Assembly (NCBI GenBank): GCA_009914755.4
Contig: CP068257.2
Span: forward strand, 33,088,001 to 33,152,000
DNA: 64,000 nucleotides
DNA from: the human T2T-CHM13v2.0 reference genome, Homo sapiens
Direction of reading: 5' to 3'
A model generated the notes under the pieces. It made no database searches. It saw only the letters and a list, made by a program, of their open reading frames with translations, and was not told the origin of the DNA. Position numbers and translations under genes: made by a program. Shown in pieces: positions 27,253 to 39,513 of this stretch. Numbering within the stretch: the stretch's first letter is position 1; each line of letters starts with the position of its first letter.

Positions 27253-29989
27253 TATTACAAAGCAGCTGGGATTACATGAGAGAACACATAGGAATGCAAG
27301 GTGTAACACACGTGTTCATTATGTTGATGGTTATCTGGTTAGTCACTAACTTTCTAAATTAATTGAGAAACTTTTTTAAGAACCAGAATAGAGATGGGCG
27401 TGACTAAGAGAAAATGTTTAAGACCAAAGAACATCAACCCTCCTTTTAACCCACTAGTTGAGAGCTACACTACTTACCTCCCAAAAATGGCTTTTGTGTC
27501 CAGGAGCTCCAGGCCCTGAAGGATGCTGCTTTGCTTAGGAAGAAAGAGTGGCAGACTTCTCATGGGCTGATGTGCCAAGAATGGCTGAGGTTGGGTCTCA
27601 GTGGATGGCAGGGCTTGCAGGGAAGGCAGCAGACAAAACCCTGGAAATCTGGCTCAACACAAAAGTTAAGAATGGGTCTTACATGAAATACATTGGGTGT
27701 CAGTGTCAAGAATGCCAAGGCCCTAATTTTTACATTATCGTCTCCTAAAGACAACCATGGGGGCTGGCTTGTCATCTCTGTATGTCAATATTCCATATTT
27801 GCCCTTTCCTTTTGAGGATATGGAACCAGTCCTGGTAATTCTCCCCACTTGAGTATGTCTGAGGACGGATACCTCTTCATATACTCAGTCATGGGTGAAG
27901 ATTACATTCTTGAGTGAAACGCATCCTTGGAGATGCCAAAGAGAAAAACAAAGGTACAATTTTTTGATCTATTCTAGAGACAGGAGAAGGACCCGTTTTC
28001 TATATCTGGTCCCAGGATCATCTCTCTTGGGGCATTGGCCATGGAGCCAACACTGGGTTCTGTGGAGCCCGCAACTTTAGCTTCCTAAAAAACTCCTTCA
28101 GGACTTGCTGCACAGGGACAGCATCTCAACTTAGATCAGGCTCTGAGTCCATACTAGAATCTGGTCTGGCCTCCTTCAAGGGGATCTCCTGCCCCTGTGA
28201 GTTTCCTGAGTCCTGGCCTCAGTTTTCTCCTCTTTTACTGAGCTCTTTCCTGGCCCATCACTTGGGGCTGATCTCTGTGAGTTCAAGATTTGAAAAGTGG
28301 TTGCTGTTCTGACTGGTGCCTTTGCTGCCTAAGATTTCATGAAGATGATAGCACTGCAGATGACACAAGGAAGGGTACTTTAGACCTTTTCTGCTCAGAT
28401 AACTTTGGAGATAAAGGCAACATTAGCAATTATACAAGACAAATTTCAGCTGAAGAAGCCCAGAGAGCTTAAATTACTTGCCCTAGGTCCCTTGGCCACA
28501 TACAGCAATGCTGGAACTAGTATTCAAACCTTGTGATTCATAGTTGACAACAATCCATGCGTGGTTGGGGTTCTCGAAATGTAGTCCTTGGACCAGCAGC
28601 ATCATATCATCTGGGAAAGCATTAGAAATGCAAATTATCAAGCCCCATCCAGACCTACTGAGTCAGAAGCTCTGCAATCTCTGCTTTAACCAGCCCTCTA
28701 GGGAATTCAAATACTTGCTACGGTTTGAGAAACAGTGTTCTGTGCCGTGCTAAATTAAACCTTTTGTGGGACAGTTCAGTATTTTTCATCATTTGTAGAA
28801 GAGTTGAGTGCTTACCAATGATCTCTATCACACTTGATTCTTTTATTCATTTCTACACTTAATCTTGAATGCCCATTCCCATATTAGGCACCATATGGAT
28901 CAGAAGGACATATTGAACAAAGATCCTTCCTTCAAGGAGCTCATAGGAGTCACAACATAGACCAAGGAGGCTTTGATACTGAGAAGTAAGGCAAAATATG
29001 ACGGAATTTTGGAATGATGCAGACACCACGGGCGATATGAGTTTGCTAATGCTTTGGGCTATAGAGATGAGGTTGGGAATATCAATAGGAGAAGAGAATT
29101 AGCAACCAGGTGGTAGAAATGGGCCTAGTGAGTTGTAGAAAGAATAAGGAGATTGATCAGGTTGGAGGAGAGGCCTTGTGCTCTCTTAGGAGATTTATGA
29201 GAAGTTATGAGACTGAATTTCTCCCTAAATTATGAGGACCCCTAAGGTACTTGCCTCAGTGACTGAAGAGAATGGGTGGTTGGCTGTAGATCCACCATTC
29301 GGTGATTGATTCTGGAAGCATCTGTCTGGTAGGGAGGGCGAGAAGAACTATTTTCAGACTTTACTCTGGTACAAGCCTCAAGCAATTTGTCATGACTCAG
29401 GTGGTTGGGAAACAAGTGTGCTCTCAGGACAGCTTGACATGTCACTCAGCAGCCTCCTGGGGCCAAGCTGTTCTTTTAAAGGAAGAGTTTTGTGTTGACT
29501 CTGAACTTGGAAGAATCCAAAAACAGCAAGTGACAACAGAAGGTTGAGTCATGAGTGCATACCGCATCCAGGCCAGGCTTTGCTTCCAAGCACGAAGTAG
29601 ACCATGGCGTTGGGTTGACGTTTTCACATTGTAACCGTAAATTCTCTGTGACCCATTTCCACTGCCTGTATCATTTTATAGACCTGTATAGTTGCATGGA
29701 AATTAAATTGGTATTCATTATAAGGTGCCACCAGATGCCCAAAGGCCTTCTAGATTGTCCAAGAAAAGCATCTATCGAGCATCCAACTCCAGCATATTTT
29801 ATTATGTTTAAATTTCTGAAACATAAGCACTTGTGATATATGTGACAAATATAGTTATCAGCATTTTTTCTTAATCAGGAAACTTTGTTTTCAACCATGC
29901 TGGATAAGAGAGAACTTACTGCAGTTACAACTATGCATTATTTTTGAAATAATCCCAGCTAGCATTGATTTACTGTGGTCACAGGCCCT

Positions 29990-30160
29990 CTATGTCTGCT
30001 TCAAATTCATTCTCTGTGTCATGCCCACAATTATCCTCCTACGAAGGAGGCATTATTGTTGTCTCCACCTTACAGGTGAGTAAACTGAATCACAGAGAGG
30101 ACAAATAATATCTTCGAAGCCATGCAGCAAATAAGCGGTGAAGACTGGATCATACATACA
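29990..30160 (-). mobile_element. MIR SINE fragment (minus)
   Basis: CATTATTGTTGTCTCCACCTTACAGGTGAGTAAACTGAATCACAGAGAGG matches the reverse complement of the MIR core (TTTTACAGATGAGGAAACTGAGGCACAGAGAGG). Confidence 0.6.
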
Positions 30161-33100
30161 CATGTGCACACACACACACCATTCAGAATCATGGTGGAAG
30201 ATGGAATAGTATGTTGGAGAAAGATAAGGATTTCAAGCTAACGTCTGGTAATTGACAGGCTGAGCAAGTTGGGGAAGCCACTTTTAAATCCTAGAATATT
30301 GGTTGCCTAATCAATAACACAGAAGCCTTTACTCATAGGTTAATTTTGAGGAATGAATGAGATAATATGTTGAAAAGTTTTGTTCTATAAACTAACCTCC
30401 CCAACAGCCATATCCAGAAATCGAATTTTTACTGGGAGGTCATGAACATAGGCTCAACCTCGGAATTTTCTGCTCTGACTTCCTTTTCCCAACTCGAATG
30501 GGTTGATTATGTTCCTAACCCATTAGTGCTTAGTTGATGATACGTAATCATCTGTCTGCCCAGGTAACCTGGTAACTCAATTAACCAGCAGTTTGACATG
30601 GAACTTTGTGGAGTGCCAGGCATGGTGATGCAGACTTGGACCTGCTCAGGGCTCTGACAGATGGACACCAGCATCCCTGAAAATAAAGATGTCTTGTCTT
30701 TGGGTCTGTGTGTTTGGTTACCTAGTTGCTTCTCTGCTCTGTGGAAGTCACATTTTCCTCTGTCTCTTCAACAGTCCCTGCACCCGGTGGGTCAGTGCCC
30801 CGGGGACATACCATGGCTTCACATCCTTGTTTTTTCCAGCATCTGGCATCTCAGGAAGCCACTGACTAATTCCCTTGGCCCCATCCCACCCCTACTGCCG
30901 TGCACTCATTGGCTTCTAGCTTTTGATGAATTCAGGGAAATAGGGGTTCCCGTGAGCCCATGTTTTTCAAGAGCTCATAGTTTATGCCTGGAATGCAGAT
31001 TTGCACTCCAGCTTTCTGAAATGAGCAGAACTTCGGAAATACCCTTTAGTGGATCCTGTCTGAACTCTAAATGTCTCCGAGTTTGCTTTAGAGACAGAAG
31101 GGAGAATTCTTGAATTAACAATGAAGCTCCAGTGAAATCCTCCTATGGAATTTGAAATGTAGCCATTATGACAAATAGGCTTTTACCTTTTATTGTGGTA
31201 AAATATACATGCATAAAATTTACCATTATTGACATTTAGTCCATGCACAATGTTGTGCAACCTTCACCACTGCCTACTTCCACAACATTTTCATCACCCC
31301 TAAAGGAAACTCTGTACCCAATAAACAGTCCCTCTCCATTCCTCCCTCCTCCTGGACTCTGGCAACCACTCATCTGCATTTTGTCTTTAGAGATTTGCCT
31401 ATTCTGGATATTTTCATCTAAGGCAGATCAGTTTGTTCATTGAAAATTTTCAACATGCTAGACATTCACATTGCTTCAAAATCTAAAAGTCTAAAAGGGT
31501 TTCCTTTCTTTTACTTCTCCCCCATCGGCCTGGGCTCCCTTCCCACAGATGACTTCTTTGTTTGTGGAGGCATATGTATTCTAGAATATGTGTATCCCAA
31601 TACAAACAAATATGACACACACTCTTATCTCCCCCTTTTATTACATGAAAGGTAACATCCTATACACAATATTCTGTACCTTGTTTTTCAGCCACCTTAC
31701 AAAATGTCCTGGAACTTCTGTCCCCATCAGTACACAGAGAGCTTCCTCATTCCTTTTTAAAGCCGCATAGTAGTTGTTTGAATCTAGCATGCTTTATTTA
31801 ACTAATCCTTTCTTGATGGACATCTAGGTTTGTTTCCAAGTATTTGCCATCACCAGCAAAGCTGCCATGAATTATCTCACACACATGTCATCTTAAAAGT
31901 GTCTCGGCAGCACAAATTCCCAGAAGATGAATGACTGGGTCAGAGGGCATGTGGATTTGTAGTTTTGTTAATGATCACTCTGTTTCTTTCTGCAGGGGTT
32001 GTGCCAATTCACATGCTCACTGGCGGTACACAAGAGTCCCACAGCCTCCACCAAAGAGTGAGTTACCCAACTCTGCATTTTTCTCCCAATCTCAGTGTAA
32101 TCGAATATGAATATCTATTCCTATGTTTAAGAAAGAGGATTTAAAGAGTTCTGGTTTTGTCTCCTAAAAGGAAAAAAAAAATGCATCTGGAACCTCCATG
32201 TTACTTGTTTACATTTAAGGATAAATGAAAAATGCAGTAATTTCCCGTAATGTCCACAAAATCAGTGACTTGCCGAAGTCCACACACCTTTCCCTATCTG
32301 GAAAGAAGCTTCTGTGGAAGGCCTCTGTTTCCCAGGATACCTCACTTCCCACCGTCCCAGGGACAGGCTGTGAGATCCCACTCCTCCACACTCCCCACTG
32401 TTGACTCCCCACAGTCAGCTCCCCTCTGAGTGCCCAGCCTGGGCTCCAGTAGTTTATTTAAAAGCATGACGAGCCCTCTAATTATGGAGATAAAAGCTGC
32501 CTGTGATGCAGAGCAGGGCTTGGGTTGAAAGGTCTCTTTTTTGGCTCTTTCCCATCTCATTAGAGTTGCGGGGGTGGCTGGTCACCCCAAGGTTTAATCC
32601 TTGGAGGCAGTGTGACAGCAAATGTGGCAAGAATCACAGCTCATTGATTGTTCCATTAAAAATTTCTACAGGTACCTGTAAAAGTGCCTTTCAAGTTGCT
32701 TCAGTCTGAAGAATCTTATTGCTCCTAAATTGAGGTCAATTAATCCCCTGAAAATGTGTGGCATTCACAATTTGATGTCATGGCCTCCATGTGAACATCT
32801 CTCTCTGCATGGATGGAGGAAGCGAACAGCTCTTCCTTCTTCCTGCCTTTCCCACTTCCCCTAAATCTAAAGAGCAATTCTCTGCCTTTGCGAGCATAGG
32901 CTGGTGAGAGCAGGGAGAGCAAGACCACACTGCTCAGCAGCCGTGTTTACCATCTGATCATCATGGAGGGACAACTGAGTGCACAGTGTCCTTCCATCCA
33001 TCATTGCAAGACCAGGGAAGGAAATTTGGCCCTCGGGCAGGCTGTAGCCCAGGAAAAAGGCTATCCTCAGAAGGCCAGCCGCCTTCTCTAGTTTGCAAAC

Positions 33101-33464
33101 AGCACAGATTTAGAGCTTGCGTTCCTTCTCATCCCAGGAACCACATATGAGCACCTCTCCCTGCCATGGTTCTCACGATGCCTGGATGGTCCTTATTTAA
33201 GTATTGAATCAGGAGAGGGCAAGAGGCTTCACCCAAGACGGCTGTGAGGTGGGGATGCTTGAGCTGCCCGCATCTGCTGGTCAATGTGTCACCTCCATCC
33301 TCTAACCCAGAGAGCATTTCTCTTCATTTCCTCTGCTTCTTGCTCCCTACATTCAACACTCTGACCTCACTCTGCCATCTCTCAAAAGCTAACCCCAGAC
33401 TCCTCTTCTCAGTACAGGGCTCTGGTGACCAGGGAGACTGGGATGTGATGAGCAGGGCCTTGGG

Positions 33465-33610
33465 AGCCAGTTATAGAGAGTTAAGTCCTGGCTTGGTCAT
33501 TTACAATCCCTGAGTACTTTAACTTTTCTGAAATGTAGTTTCTTCATCTGCAAAATGGGCTAGTAATACCAATGTGCAACAGCAATAGGTGAGGATTGAA
33601 GGAGACATTT
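33465..33610 (+). mobile_element. MIR SINE fragment
   Basis: GTCCTGGCTTGGTCATTTACAATCCCTGAGTACTTTAACTTTTCTGAAATGTAGTTTCTTCATCTGCAAAATGGGCTAGTAATACC. Confidence 0.6.
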
Positions 33611-34774
33611 AGGAAGTCTCTGGCCCCATACAGAGTACTCATGGCAGCTGTGAAAGTGTGCTACCCGGGTGGAGGATGAGCCCATCTACTGGTCCTTTGG
33701 ATCCACTAGTGGGTTTGCTTGGAGGTCACACTTACCACAGCTGCTCCCAGGTGGTGACTGGGCCCTACAGGGATGCGAAGACAGGCCCATTCCAGAGAGA
33801 TGTGGGATTTCTCTGACAGACAGTTGTGGCTCAAGGACTCTCCCTGAGCCTTGCTAGAACTTTCTTGGAGCTGTGCTGCAGTGTCTAGACAAGCTTCCTT
33901 CCTTTCCTCCTCCTCCTTCCCTCTGACCTTCACAGGGCCAGACCTGCACCATAGCTTGAGGGTTCTCCCACCTTCTTGGCCCCTTCCAGACCGTGTCTCC
34001 CAAGAAATCCCTCAGGTGTCTAATCCCATCTTGGTATCTGTTTCTGGAAGACCCAAACTACACAGCACTCAAACCATTTTAGTTCCATCTCCTTTTTGCT
34101 AAATATATAGTTTAAAGGCTGTGTTTAAGGATTACCTAGAAATCATTTTAGGGTATAATGACATGTCATTTATTTATTTTAAAATTATGTTTGCTCCACT
34201 TGGTGAAAATTTCTGTAAGTACCTCTGAGATCATGGATCCTGGGGCTTCACTGAGCATCAACCTTTGGGGAACTGCTTCTAATGCTGATAAAAGTGTCAG
34301 GATCTTTCCTTGTTGACTGGGACTGGCATTTTTTATGTGAGGGCAGGAGAACAGCGTTAGCATCTCTGCAGGTGTTGTGCTGCCCCAAACCAGCATCTTT
34401 CTTCACAGGGGGGCTAGAGAGGGTGGGGGGCCACTTCAGGCCCTAGAACCTTTGGGTGCATGAATAGAAGTGCCATCAGCCTCTTTGCGGTCTCAGAAGA
34501 CAGTACTCTTTTGCTCTATCTGATTTTTTTTTTTTTAAGGAATCTTACCTCCTTGGTGCTAAGTGGTGACAGATACTTTGACACTTACTTCTTTTGCCCC
34601 ATAAATCAGCCCTGGGTCCTGGGCAGCTTAGAATCATGAGACCATAAAAATATGAAATGACAAAGCATGGAGTGGTCTTAGAGATAATTAAATTGACCTG
34701 CCTTACTTGATACTTGAGGAAAGAGGCCTAGAGTACATCAGAAGTGAATCTACCCTTGACTTCCTTTTTAAAAA

Positions 34775-35180
34775 ATCCATCCATTCATGCATTCACCTAC
34801 CAGTCCATTCATCCAACCAGCCATCCATCTATCCATCCATCCATTCCTCCATCCACCCATCTAACCTTCCATCCATCTACCCACTCATCCATCCATCCAT
34901 CCATCCACCCACCAAACCACATAATTCATCCACCTACCCATCCATCCATTCAACCATCCATCCATCCACACACCAAATTACCACATAATTCATCCATCCA
35001 CCCATTTACCCACCCACCTATTTACCTGTCCATTAATCCATCTATCCATCCACCCACCTATCTACCCATCCATCTATCCACCCACACATCTACAAATCCA
35101 TCCATCCATCCATCCATCCATCCATCCACTCATCAATTTGCCCCATCGTCCATCCATCCATCCATCCATCAATTTACATA
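34775..35180. repeat. Degenerate tetranucleotide minisatellite (ATCC)n on the plus strand, (GGAT)n on the minus strand, about 410 bp. The plus strand is almost devoid of G.
   Basis: CCATCCATTCATGCATTCACCTACCAGTCCATTCATCCAACCAGCCATCCATCTATCCATCCATCCATTCC...CCATCCATCCATCCATCCATCAATTTAC. The six-frame HPSIHPS ORFs are its translation. Confidence 0.95.
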
Positions 35181-36494
35181 CCAGAGGTAGACCCTGAAAA
35201 TAAAAAGATGAATAAGATGTGGTCTCTACCTCCTGGGGCTCTCCCAGTCCAGCATTCCCTTCCATTGCTTTAAAGGGCTCAATTCAATCTTGTCTCTGAA
35301 ATGGGCCATGTCACCGTTCACTAAGCATCTTCCAGTGCCAGCCTTTCAGATTCCATCAACAACACATTGGCTGTGGGCATGCAGGTCATGAGAACAAGGT
35401 CAGCAGCATACGCCTGCCCATTGCTCCCCAGAGGAAGGAACTCCAATGTCCAGGGTCTGGGGGATCTGTGCTTCCAGCTTGGCAGGCTCTCCCAGCAGAG
35501 AGCAACCACTTTTAAACTTCTGCTTCTCCCTACTTTCCATCCTTCTCCCTTCTCTTCCTTCTCCACATTGTCCTGGTAGCTTACCATTCCCAATCCTGCT
35601 CCCCTCAAGCACGTTAGCTTTGAGGCCATCCAGAGATCGATTCATCTCATGGTCCTGTTTTTCCCATTGCCTTTCACATCAGAGACCTTTTCTCTCTTCG
35701 AGCAAACCAATTTCCTTCTGTGATTACTGCTTGGATAGAAAGGACTCTGTTGTGTGGTGTGGGGAGTTCAGGAGGATGGTGGGCACTGAGCCATTACCAA
35801 GTTTGCACTTGTTGCCTTCTGGCCAAGGACCCAGAATGTTTATTCAAAGGAGCAATTTTTAAATAAGACACTGACACCAGTATCTGGTCTAAGAGAAGAG
35901 CAAGAGAGAATAGTGGGAGACCTGGAGGAAACCAGGTGTTCCTCCAGCCAGGGAAGCTGTAGAATCCTTGTCGTGGACTCCTTTCTGTCACCTCCACCAA
36001 CTGAGTGAGTAGCTCAGACTGGAGGCCGCTCACCAAGCCTGTGGGACCAAGTGTCACCTGAAGGCAGGGGTTCTGCATAACAGGCCACCAGGCTACCAGC
36101 TGAGCAATCTTGGACTAGCCACAAAATCTCTGATTGTCAAGGCCTCCGCCTGCATAATAGATCTATTAACAAAAATATCTGCGATGGCCAGTGTTTGGAT
36201 ATATTAGCACACAGGAAGATAGTGCTCCAAAAGTGCTTGGTAACAAGAGCCTGGTGCATATTACTTGTAAAAGTAAGGTTTAGCCCAACTTGGTGTGTTC
36301 TCATGCCGCCACAAATGCCACCACTTTTGCACACTCATGTACCCCCAGGTACTGCTATACCGGGACCACCCCCAAGACATACTACATGCCTGACTGTGGT
36401 GGTCTTTGAGGGAAAAGTTGTTTTCAGAGCAGTGGCTCTTAACCTCTTGAAAGGTTCTCCTCCAAAACATGCACACATGCTGGAACACACATGG

Positions 36495-36600
36495 ACCCCC
36501 TCACTGAGGTGGGAGAATTGCTTGAGCCCAGGAGGTCAAGGCTGCATTGAGCTATGATCTCGCCACTGCACTCCAGCCGGGCAACAGAGCAAGACACTAT
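36495..36600 (+). mobile_element. Alu right-arm fragment
   Basis: GGTGGGAGAATTGCTTGAGCCCAGGAGGTCAAGGCTGCATTGAGCTATGATCTCGCCACTGCACTCCAGCCGGGCAACAGAGCAAGACAC. Confidence 0.8.
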
Positions 36601-38149
36601 TTCTAAAAAATACAAATAGAAATAAGTATGAAAAAAAGAGGGAAAACCCAAGGATGAATGGATGGATTGTGTGCCAGGCATTTAATGCATTCTATCTTGT
36701 GTTCTTCACTCAAACATTCTAAGGACTCTTGACCCCACTTTGCAGATGGGAAGTCAGAATTTGTCTGAAGGTCCATGGCTGGTGAGCATCTAAACAAAGA
36801 TACAAATTCAGGTCTGTGGGGTGCTCAGCTTTCCACTGTGCCTGTCACTCCTGCTTCTCCCTTTGTATCTGATCAGACCAAGTTCTACGCAGTAGGCTCA
36901 ACACACACCCAGGAGCACCGGCTACCCCAGGAGAGGAGTCGCCAGGAGGGGAGAGCTGTTTCCACCTTCACCTGTTTCTCGTTCACCTGCTTCTTGCCTT
37001 GCAAGTCTCCAGACAGGCAGACTTCAGAGGGGACCTCCTGGCCTATCCTCTAGGGTATCTTGCTTCTGCCTGCTGTCATCTTCTAATACCCAAAAATGTG
37101 TCGCATCCTCCCAAAGCTCGCGCTCTCCCTGCAAACCCTGGGCCAAGCCTATTATTATTGTATATATTTCACTAAATCAATCTTTTAAAATTCTACTTAA
37201 CATAGGTGCCCAGCCTAATGGTGGCCATCTTTTAGAGGAGGAAATAAATGTTCAGAGAAGTCAAGTTCCTTGTGCAAGCGGGATTCGATACAGGGGACAC
37301 AACCAAGAGACCTCTGAGTCCCTCCACACATCCATGCTGTGTGTTGACTTGCTTACAAGAGTCCCCTGTGTCAGAGGCTGCCTGGCAGTGGGGACATGAG
37401 CCTTTCCCTTAGAGGGAAACATGAGATTGGGCAACAAGGGTAGTCCTCAAGGTTCTACCTCGAGACTCCAGGACGCTGGACATTGGAAATGAGGCCACAC
37501 CCTGGAGGAGCATTGTCGGCTAAAGCCAAACACCATTAGCGTCTGAAGGGGATGTGGGACCCATCTAAGGTATCACATCCCTGATCACCCACCATGGGGT
37601 CTGCAGCTGGAGAGGGTCCCCCCAGGAGGGGCTGGAGCGGGGAGTTCTCTGCCCTGGGAGGCAGGCCTCCTGGCCCTTCACTGGAGTGATCTCTTCTTTT
37701 CTGATGTCAAATCCTGACCTAAAGGGAGGCATCTTCCTTCTTATGGCATGGCCATGTCTCCTGTGTTCCTTCCTCAAGCCAAATCCTTTTCCACGATGCC
37801 TTCCCCTCTGAGCCCTGTATAACCCAATAGTGCAAATATTCCCACATCCCCTACCCACAACAGGGGTGAGCACATTGCAAATGTTCCGCCGGCGAATCAG
37901 CACCTGCCTGGAGGTGTTCTTGGTGTCTGCGTCCTGCCTCCAGTACAGAGGACCTCAAATCCATGATACTTCACCTGGTGCTCCCCAGGAAAGCCTGGCA
38001 GAGGACCTGACGATTCCCAGCAAGACCAAGCACTGCTGTCCAGGGTCAGCCACGGTCACTTCTCTGCAGCTGTCATCCGGGCACAATCTCCAAATATTTC
38101 TAGCCATTCAGACGTTCACTATAATCAGAATTAACGCATGTAGAACCAA

Positions 38150-38290
38150 AGAGCCAGACACATGGGTTCAAACCTGCCCCACCATTTACAGTGAGAGCTT
38201 AGTGAGTCACTTAACCTGTGCCTCAGTTTTCTCACCTGTAAAAAGAACATAACAGTAACAATACCATTGAGCTGCTATGCAGTGGATGAG
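38150..38290 (+). mobile_element. MIR SINE fragment
   Basis: GGGTTCAAACCTGCCCCACCATTTACAGTGAGAGCTTAGTGAGTCACTTAACCTGTGCCTCAGTTTTCTCACCTGTAAAAAGAACATAACAGTAAC. Confidence 0.7.
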
Positions 38291-39244
38291 CTTCTATATG
38301 AAAGGTGAGTGAAAAGTGTCTGGATGTGGTGGTGTCAACCTTTCCCTGGGGTGGTGGTGGCTGATCTGTGGCACCCCACATGACAATGTCTTTGCCATGG
38401 CAGTAGATGCTGTTAAATCAGGCCCTGGGTTTGTCTTGGCTTGACTTGTTTCCATTTTCAATTGAAAATTAAATGTGGATAGACTTCAGCCTGACTCGGT
38501 CTGCTCCCTGGACCTTGGCCAGTGAGTTCTGAGTAACTGCAGACAGGGTGTGGTCACCGGGATTTGGTTATTGGATTTTTTTCCCCCTGTGGTTTTGGGC
38601 AGGTTGCTCCATGACGGGCAGCTGTATCATCTTAGAACCGGACTTTCCGGGAGAGCCTTTGGGTCACTCTGGGCGTCAGCTGGAAAGGGCTGCTCTTGGA
38701 GCAAGCTCACTGGCCCACAGGAGGAGCTGCCTTCTTGAACTGTCACCCTGAAGCCAACCAAAGTCTGGGCAACGCCAGCTCCAGTGACTGCCGCTCCATC
38801 TCCTAGGCAATTTGCATCGCTGTTTCTGTTTGTTAGGCCTTGACCATTCCTTTGTTGTCATCCTGCGCTTCCCTGGCCATAGGCCCTTTTCCCAGCCCCA
38901 CCACGGCATGCCCACCTGTGCTTGGGGAGGGGCGGAGGAAGGAGCCCCAGCCAGCCATGTCCCTGTTTCGTGCTCCAGTGACCACTGCTATGAGGACTTT
39001 CCCACTGGCTCAGGCTCAGTTAGTCGAGCTGGTGTGCCCCGCTCTTAGCTGTTCCCCAACTCTCCTAGAGTGTGCTAATTCTGACCCAGCTCTCCCAGGT
39101 GGAGGATGCTTTTCAAACATGTCCTTGGGAACCTCTGCAGACCCATTCCCAGCCCATTCTCCATGATTCCAGGCCTGGCCAGGTTGAAAACTTCTGTAAA
39201 TTAAAACTCAAATAAAGAGAGTATAGCTTGGGCATACCTTTTGC

Positions 39245-39320
39245 ACATGCATATATATGTATGTGTGTGCATGTGTGTGTGTGCATGTATGTGTGTGCAT
39301 GTATGTGTGTGCATGTGTTG
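39245..39320. repeat. (GTGTGCATGTAT)n-like complex microsatellite
   Basis: GCATGTGTGTGTGTGCATGTATGTGTGTGCATGTATGTGTGTGCATGTG read directly. Confidence 0.9.
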
Positions 39321-39352
39321 GGATTTTTTATTTTTTAAATTTATATTTATTA

Positions 39353-39513
39353 AAAAAATTTTTTTTGAAACAAGGTCTTCTTCTGTCTCCCAGGCTGGGC
39401 TGCAGTGGTGTGATTATGGCTGACTGCAGCCTCAAACTCCTGGGATCAAGCAACCCTCCCACCTCAGCCTCCCAGAGCACTGGGATTACAGGTTTGAGCC
39501 ACTGCACCTGGCC
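39353..39513 (-). mobile_element. Alu monomer-length fragment (minus)
   Basis: TTTTTTTTGAAACAAGGTCTTCTTCTGTCTCCCAGGCTGGGCTGCAGTGGTGTGATTATGGCTGACTGCAGCCTCAAACTCCTGGGATCAAGCAACCCTCCCACCTCAGCCTCCCAGAGCACTGGGATTACAGGTTTGAGCCACTGCACCTGGCC. Confidence 0.85.

Noticed and set aside
34707-35190. Overlapping [11 protein letters not shown] ORFs (93 and 148 aa)
   Set aside because: These are direct translations of the (ATCC)n tetranucleotide array, not a gene.
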